Origin: Eubacteriales bacterium
Lineage (GTDB): Bacteria > Bacillota > Clostridia > Oscillospirales > CAG-272
Direction: 5' to 3'
Assembly: GCA_045632105.1 (NCBI GenBank)
Contig: JAZQVZ010000009.1
Span: 1 to 35,677, forward strand
DNA: 35,677 nt
Position 1 is the first letter of the stretch; each line of letters opens with the position of its first letter. Under the pieces are notes generated by a model. That model ran no database searches. It was not told the origin of the DNA and saw nothing but the letters and a program-made list of their open reading frames with translations. This document shows positions 31,596 to 35,677 of this stretch, one piece after another. The position numbers and the translations under genes are program-made.

Positions 31596-31624
31596 ATTAT
31601 ACCACAGCGTTTCCCACTTTTCAA
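31596..31624 (-). promoter_or_regulatory. Sigma-A promoter of the mgtE operon
   Basis: TTGAAA-17 nt-TATAAT with extended TG, about 200 nt upstream of mgtE. Confidence 0.75.
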
Positions 31625-31657
31625 CCAAAAGATGAAATATTTTTAACTTTTTATCAC

Positions 31658-31690
31658 AAAAAACAACGCTCCGCGTATCCGCAGAGCGTT
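31658..31690 (-). terminator. Terminator after rubredoxin
   Basis: Minus strand: AACGCTCTGCG-gata-CGCGGAGCGTT-GTTTTTT. Confidence 0.8.
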
Positions 31691-31704
31691 CTTGCTATTT
31701 GTAT

Positions 31705-31863
31705 TTAAGCCTCGCTGAAATGGTCCTTGTCAACGTGGCAGATAGGACAGACGAAAGTCTCGGGAAGCTCGGAAAATTTCGTTCCCACCGCTATGCCGTG
31801 ATCGAGGTCCCCCTTTGCTTCGTCGTATTCCCAACCGCAAACGTCACACACGTATTTTTTCAT
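31705..31863 (-). CDS. Rubredoxin (52 aa; not in the ORF track)
   Basis: MKKYVCDVCGWEYDEAKGDLDHGIAVGTKFSELPETFVCPICHVDKDHFSEA; two CxxC knuckles; SD GGAGGA. Confidence 0.95.
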   Translation of the reverse strand: MKKYVCDVCGWEYDEAKGDLDHGIAVGTKFSELPETFVCPICHVDKDHFSEA

Positions 31864-31891
31864 AACCTATTCTCCTCCAAAATATATTTTC

Positions 31892-32884
31892 TCAACGGCG
31901 GATCTCGTTGGGGCTCTCGCCACCGCTCAGGATCTCCCGTATATTGTTTACCGTAGTTTCGGCAATGTTTGACAGAGCCTCCTCGGTCAAAAAAGCCTGA
32001 TGAGAGCTGACTATCACGTTAGGCATTGAAATAAGCCGTGCCAGCACGTCGTCCTCGATTATATGACCCGAAAGATCCTCGAAGAAAAGCTCGGATTCCT
32101 CCTCGTATACGTCAAGGCACGCCGCCCCCACCTTGCGCGTTTTTATGCCCGAAAGCAGTGCTTCTGCATCCACCAGAGCTCCACGCGAGGTGTTCAGTAT
32201 CACCACTCCGACCTTGCACTTCTCTATTGCGCTCCCGTCTATCATATGGTAGGTCTCTTCGGTCAGAGGACAATGCAAGGATATAATATCACTCCCCGCC
32301 AAAAGCTCGTCAAGCTCTACGTAGCGCACGTTATCGCCGCCCTCAAGCCCCTCGCACCTAAATTTATCGTAAGCCAACACCTTCATTCCAAAGCCTCGAC
32401 AGATGTCGATAAACACCCTGCCGATGCGCCCCGTTCCCACAACTCCAACCGTTTTTCCGTGGAGGTCAAAGCCGGTCATTCCCGCAAGACTGAAATTGAA
32501 ATCTCTGGTGCGGATATATGCCTTGTGTATGCGACGTATTGATGTTAAAAGCATAGCCATAGTGTGCTCAGCCACAGCGTAAGGAGAATAGGCAGGAACT
32601 CTGACGACCCGTACCCTGTCTGCCGCGTGCTTCAGGTCAACGTTGTTAAATCCCGCACAGCGCAGAGCCACAAGCCTCACACCCATATCCGAAAGCTTAT
32701 CAATGACCGAGGAGTTTACAGTATCATTGACAAAAACACACACTCCGTCAAAGCCCCTTGCAAGCTCTGCGGTGTCCTCGTTAAACTTCGCCTCAAAATA
32801 TTTAAACTCTACACCGCCCTCTCTGCCGTATTTTTCAAAGGCAGGGCGGTCATAGGGCTTAGTGTCGAAAAATGCAATTCTCAT
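31892..32884 (-). CDS. ldhA: D-lactate dehydrogenase (D-2-hydroxyacid dehydrogenase family)
   Basis: ALRCAGFNNVD, RVPAYSPYAVAEH, GVVGTGRIG, SLHCPL, NTSRG, DVYEEE, HQAFLT. Confidence 0.9.
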   Translation of the reverse strand: MRIAFFDTKPYDRPAFEKYGREGGVEFKYFEAKFNEDTAELARGFDGVCVFVNDTVNSSVIDKLSDMGVRLVALRCAGFNNVDLKHAADRVRVVRVPAYSPYAVAEHTMAMLLTSIRRIHKAYIRTRDFNFSLAGMTGFDLHGKTVGVVGTGRIGRVFIDICRGFGMKVLAYDKFRCEGLEGGDNVRYVELDELLAGSDIISLHCPLTEETYHMIDGSAIEKCKVGVVILNTSRGALVDAEALLSGIKTRKVGAACLDVYEEESELFFEDLSGHIIEDDVLARLISMPNVIVSSHQAFLTEEALSNIAETTVNNIREILSGGESPNEIRR

Positions 32885-32964
32885 TTATCCTCTCCTTGAT
32901 CTCCGCATATAAATATATTATGGCTCAAAAACCATAATTTTTTCATTCTAAGAACTACAATCTA

Positions 32965-32993
32965 TTGACAAGATACGACTATTTTTGTATAAT
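32965..32993 (+). promoter_or_regulatory. Sigma-A promoter of the GNAT gene
   Basis: Perfect TTGACA-17 nt-TATAAT. Confidence 0.8.
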
Positions 32994-33023
32994 GAATATG
33001 ATAAATGTAGAAAGGTGCGCCAA

Positions 33024-34157
33024 ATGAAAGACGTCAGCATCAAAGAAGTACTTACAAAAAAAGAGAGAAAGCTTTTCGCCGACCTTCCCAACAAGCTTTA
33101 TAAGGACCAGCCCAACTACGTTCCGAGCTTCTTCTCGGACGACGTTGACGATTGGGATAAAAGCAAGAACCCCGCATTCGAGTATTGCGAGGCAAGATGC
33201 TTTTTAGCTTATCGAGACAAGGAGATAGTCGGCAGGATAGGGGCTATTCTCAGCCATCGCTCTAATGAAAAATGGAATACTAAAAGAATGAGATTTTCTC
33301 AGGTGGACTTTATAGACGACCCCGAGGTGTCAAAGGCGCTCTTCGGCGCAGTTGAGAGCTGGGCAAAGGAAAAGGGGTGCGATCAGGTTCACGGTCCTCT
33401 CGGCTTTTGCGACCTCGACCGCGAAGGAATGCTTATCGAGGGATTTGACCGTCAGAGTATGTTCATTACGTACTATAACGCTCCCTATTATAAGGATCAC
33501 CTCGAAAGCCTTGGCTACCTCAAGGACACCGACTGGGTAGAATACAGAATAAACATTCCCAGCCCCGATTCAAGAGCGGCTCAGATGATAGAAAGAGCAG
33601 CCGCAAGACTTAAAAGACAGGGACAGTACCACGTGGCAAACACCAAAAAGCGCTCGGACTACCGCCCCTACATAAAGCAGATATTCTCCTTGGTAAACGA
33701 GGCATACTCACCTCTCTACGGAGTTGTGGAGCTGACCGACAAGCAGATAGAGCGATATGCAAACAAATTCATTCCCCTTATACACCCCGACTATACCTGC
33801 TTTATCCTTGACGAAAACGAGCAGCTGGTAGCCTTTGGCGTTACCGTTCCCTCTCTGGCGAACGCCCTGACCAAGAGCAGAGGCCGCCTCTTCCCCTTCG
33901 GCTGGATGGGACTGCTGAAGGCAATGAAGAAAAACGATACCGTCGATCTTCTCCTTATAGCCATCAAGCCCGAGCTTCAGGGAGGCTCCATTATCGCAAT
34001 GATATTCGATCACTTCATTAAGAGCACCGCCAAAAACGGCATAAAATATGCCGAAACAGGCCCTCAGCTCGAAACCAATACAAAGATCCAGGCTCAGTGG
34101 AAATTCTTCGAGAAGGAACAGCACAAGCGTCGCCGTTGCTTCGTGAAGGATATATAA
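33024..34157 (+). CDS. GNAT-fold N-acyltransferase family protein (YghO-like)
   Basis: FLAYRDKEIVGRIGAI, DFIDDPEVSKALF..VE.WAK..G...HGPLGF, YNAPYY, LLLIAIKPELQG. ATG at 33024 after AAAGGTG. Confidence 0.8.
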   Translation: MKDVSIKEVLTKKERKLFADLPNKLYKDQPNYVPSFFSDDVDDWDKSKNPAFEYCEARCFLAYRDKEIVGRIGAILSHRSNEKWNTKRMRFSQVDFIDDPEVSKALFGAVESWAKEKGCDQVHGPLGFCDLDREGMLIEGFDRQSMFITYYNAPYYKDHLESLGYLKDTDWVEYRINIPSPDSRAAQMIERAAARLKRQGQYHVANTKKRSDYRPYIKQIFSLVNEAYSPLYGVVELTDKQIERYANKFIPLIHPDYTCFILDENEQLVAFGVTVPSLANALTKSRGRLFPFGWMGLLKAMKKNDTVDLLLIAIKPELQGGSIIAMIFDHFIKSTAKNGIKYAETGPQLETNTKIQAQWKFFEKEQHKRRRCFVKDI

Positions 34158-34167
34158 AAAGTTAGTG

Positions 34168-34405
34168 CGCTCCGCCTTCAAATCCTTGCGCAGAACTAAA
34201 AAATAACCGGCACCCTCACGGATGCCGGTTATTTTTGGCCTGCCCGACAGGATTTGGTCTCGCCTGCGGGCTCGGTCCCTCCGCGTTCTGACAGCCCACC
34301 GGGCTGTCATTCATTACGCTCCGCCTTCAAATCCTTGCGCAGAACTGAAAAAGCAACAGACCGCTTTTGCGGTCTGTTGCTTTTTGGCCTGCCCGACAGG
34401 ATTTG
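34168..34405. repeat. 149-nt-period tandem module downstream of tRNA-Arg that duplicates the tRNA 3' end
   Basis: Exact 30-nt repeat at 34168-34197 and 34317-34346; exact 25-nt repeat at 34232-34256 and 34381-34405, the second copy overlapping the tRNA 3' end. Confidence 0.9.
34347..34385 (-). terminator. Terminator after tRNA-Arg
   Basis: 12-bp stem GCAACAGACCGC/GCGGTCTGTTGC flanked by A5 and T5. Confidence 0.8.
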
Positions 34406-34461
34406 AACCTGCGACCTCAAGAGTCGGAGTCTTGCGCGCTATCCAGCTGTGCCACGGGCAG
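34385..34461 (-). tRNA. tRNA-Arg(CCG)
   Basis: Acceptor stem CTGCCCG/CGGGCAG, anticodon arm CAAGA-CT-CCG-AC-TCTTG, T-arm GGTTCAAATCC, encoded CCA. Confidence 0.97.
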
Positions 34462-34472
34462 ATGTCCCGTAT

Positions 34473-34501
34473 ATTATAACATACCACCCTGATATTTTCA
34501 A
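34473..34501 (-). promoter_or_regulatory. Sigma-A promoter of tRNA-Arg
   Basis: TTGAAA-17 nt-TATAAT. Confidence 0.75.
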
Positions 34502-34604
34502 TCACATTTTGACGAAAATCAAAAAAACAAAAGGAATAAAAACATCCATAAAGGGGACAATATTTAAGACAAATAAAATAGATGAAAAAATTTCAAAAAA
34601 AGGG

Positions 34605-34633
34605 TTGACAAAGCAATTTCTTTGTGATATAAT
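34605..34633 (+). promoter_or_regulatory. Sigma-A promoter of tRNA-Gln
   Basis: TTGACA-17 nt-TATAAT with extended TG and upstream A-tracts. Confidence 0.85.
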
Positions 34634-34644
34634 AGCCAAGTCAA

Positions 34645-34720
34645 TGGGGCATCGCCAAGCGGTAAGGCAACGGACTCTGACTCCGTCATTACCTAGGTTC
34701 GAATCCTAGTGCCCCAGCCA
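34645..34720 (+). tRNA. tRNA-Gln(CTG)
   Basis: Acceptor stem TGGGGCA/TGCCCCA, anticodon arm ACGGA-CT-CTG-AC-TCCGT, T-arm GGTTCGAATCC, encoded CCA. Confidence 0.97.
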
Positions 34721-34726
34721 AACAAC

Positions 34727-34752
34727 AAGCCACCCAATCGGGTGGCTTTTTT
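34727..34752 (+). terminator. Terminator after tRNA-Gln
   Basis: AAGCCACCC-aatc-GGGTGGCTT followed by a T run. Confidence 0.8.
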
Positions 34753-34760
34753 GTTGTTTG

Positions 34761-34906
34761 ACTGGGGCACTCGTCGCTTCGAATCTCGCTCTGCGAGCGA
34801 AGCGACGCAGAATTAGGTTCGCATTCGAGCCGAAAGCCGACGGGAGCTCGCTCACGGGAGGCTCGGCGAAGAATCCTCGCCGCAGGCGAGTACCCTAGTG
34901 CCCGCC
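34761..34906 (+). repeat. GC-rich multi-hairpin element downstream of tRNA-Gln carrying antisense and sense copies of the tRNA 3' end
   Basis: CTGGGGCACT (34762-34771) is the reverse complement of the tRNA 3' strand; CGTCGCTTCG...CGAAGCGACG hairpin; CTCGCC-gca-GGCGAG hairpin; CCTAGTGCCC (34894-34903) is identical to tRNA 34705-34714. Confidence 0.7.
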
Positions 34907-34924
34907 GCAATTTGCCGAAAATCC

Positions 34925-34953
34925 TTGCAATCCTCGCGCTCTTATGCTACAAT
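34925..34953 (+). promoter_or_regulatory. Sigma-A-like promoter heading the AT-rich gene array
   Basis: TTGCAA-17 nt-TACAAT with extended TG. Confidence 0.7.
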
Positions 34954-34965
34954 AAACTCACCGAT

Positions 34966-34984
34966 AAATAAGAATTTGCAGGTG
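34966..34984 (+). repeat. Cassette-boundary direct repeat, copy 1
   Basis: AAATAAGAATTTGCAGGTG, 18/19 identical to 35537-35555. Confidence 0.75.
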
Positions 34985-34989
34985 AGATA

Positions 34990-35508
34990 ATGATTATTTT
35001 AATTACAGGAGCATCGCACACGGGCAAAACTGCACTTGCACAAAAACTGCTCGAAAAATATAAATATCCATATCTTTCAGTAGACCATCTAAAAATGGGG
35101 CTGATTCGTAGCGGTAATACAGAACTTACTCCTATGAGTGATGATACGGATCTGACCGCTTACTTATGGCCCATTGTTCGTGAAATGATAAAAACTGCTA
35201 TTGAGAATAATCAGAACCTAATTGTCGAAGGTTGCTATGTTCCATTCGATTGGCAGAAAGACTTTGACTCCGAACATCTTGAAAAAATCAAATATTACTG
35301 TCTGGTAATGAGTGAGGAATATATCAGAAACCACTTTGCCGACATTAAGAAATATGCAAGAGTCATTGAAAATCGTTTGGATGATGAATGGTGTACAATG
35401 GAGAGTGTATTGGCAGATAATGCAGAAGTATTGGCGCTTGCGAAAAGACATAATTCAAACTATATTCTTATTGATGACCAATACGAGATTAATATTGATT
35501 TAGATTGA
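34990..35508 (+). CDS. P-loop NTPase / nucleotide-kinase-like protein (AT-rich accessory gene)
   Basis: MIILITGASHTGKT Walker A, LSVDHLKMGL, LIVEG. Confidence 0.85.
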   Translation: MIILITGASHTGKTALAQKLLEKYKYPYLSVDHLKMGLIRSGNTELTPMSDDTDLTAYLWPIVREMIKTAIENNQNLIVEGCYVPFDWQKDFDSEHLEKIKYYCLVMSEEYIRNHFADIKKYARVIENRLDDEWCTMESVLADNAEVLALAKRHNSNYILIDDQYEINIDLD

Positions 35509-35509
35509 T

Positions 35510-35555
35510 AAATTCTAATATGTCGAACAGTTAGGAAAATAAGAATTTGTAGGTG
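35510..35555 (+). repeat. Inter-gene imperfect inverted repeat containing direct repeat copy 2
   Basis: AAATTCTAATAT (35510-35521) pairs with AAATAAGAATTT (35537-35548) at 10/12 positions; 15-nt spacer. Confidence 0.7.
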
Positions 35556-35558
35556 TGA

Positions 35559-35677
35559 ATGATGAAAACTTTATATATGATTGGTGGCACTATGGGAGTT
35601 GGAAAAACAACTGTGTGCCAACAGCTCAAACAGGATTTACCGAATAGTGTATTTCTTGACGGAGATTGGTGTTGGGA
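35559..35677 (+). CDS. P-loop NTPase / nucleotide-kinase-like protein, 3'-truncated by the window edge (not in the ORF track)
   Basis: MMKTLYMIGGTMGVGKTTVCQQLKQDLPNSVFLDGDWCW; Walker A GTMGVGKT. The alternative start ATG at 35562 fits the AGGTG spacing better. Confidence 0.85.
   Translation, partial: MMKTLYMIGGTMGVGKTTVCQQLKQDLPNSVFLDGDWCW

Noticed and set aside
31699-31956. 85-aa plus-strand ORF
   Set aside because: It is the antisense of the rubredoxin gene, which has a clear SD and family motifs.
34236-34312. Second tRNA-Arg or tRNA pseudogene
   Set aside because: Only the last 21 nt match; there is no D-arm, anticodon arm or 5' acceptor strand.
34168-34405. Possible mini-CRISPR (constant repeats with variable 34-nt spacers)
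   Set aside because: Two different repeat types alternate, one is a tRNA 3' end, the spacers are themselves terminator-like hairpins, and no cas genes are nearby.
34222-34910. Short ORFs across the tRNA region (34222-34479, 34314-34505, 34449-34709, 34689-34910)
   Set aside because: They overlap tRNA genes, promoters and GC-rich palindromes, with no coding signal I can support.
35510-35555. Classical integron attC site
   Set aside because: No RYYYAAC...GTTRRRY core pair frames the repeat and no intI gene is in the window. Kept only as an integron-like analogy.

Overview
Mostly core chromosome of a Clostridia-class firmicute: about 50% GC by eye, sigma-A TTGACA/TATAAT promoters and GGAGG Shine-Dalgarno sites. 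In order: the 3' part of clpC; a membrane protein plus an HTH-WCX regulator that lacks a WYL domain; L10 leader with rplJ-rplL; a complete V/A-type ATPase operon, likely Na+-coupled; a hypothetical gene and recG; a BspA-type LRR lipoprotein; a hypothetical gene and an ABC exporter; a metallophosphoesterase; divergent CPA2 antiporter and ClC genes; an EF-G paralogue; an mgtE-metG-tatD-histidine phosphatase run; D-lactate dehydrogenase plus a rubredoxin missed by the ORF track; a GNAT protein; and divergent tRNA-Arg(CCG) and tRNA-Gln(CTG). Three signals stand out. (1) At the right end the DNA turns AT-rich, and two P-loop kinase genes sit behind one promoter, each preceded by the same 19-bp repeat and separated by an imperfect inverted repeat, like the start of an integron-like cassette array. 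(2) mgtE has a 35-codon leader ORF and two mutually exclusive helices, one of which sequesters its SD; no M-box is visible. (3) Both tRNA genes are followed by palindromic modules that share the motif CCGCAGGCGAG just before a duplicate of their own tRNA 3' end. All calls come from reading the sequence; no searches were run.
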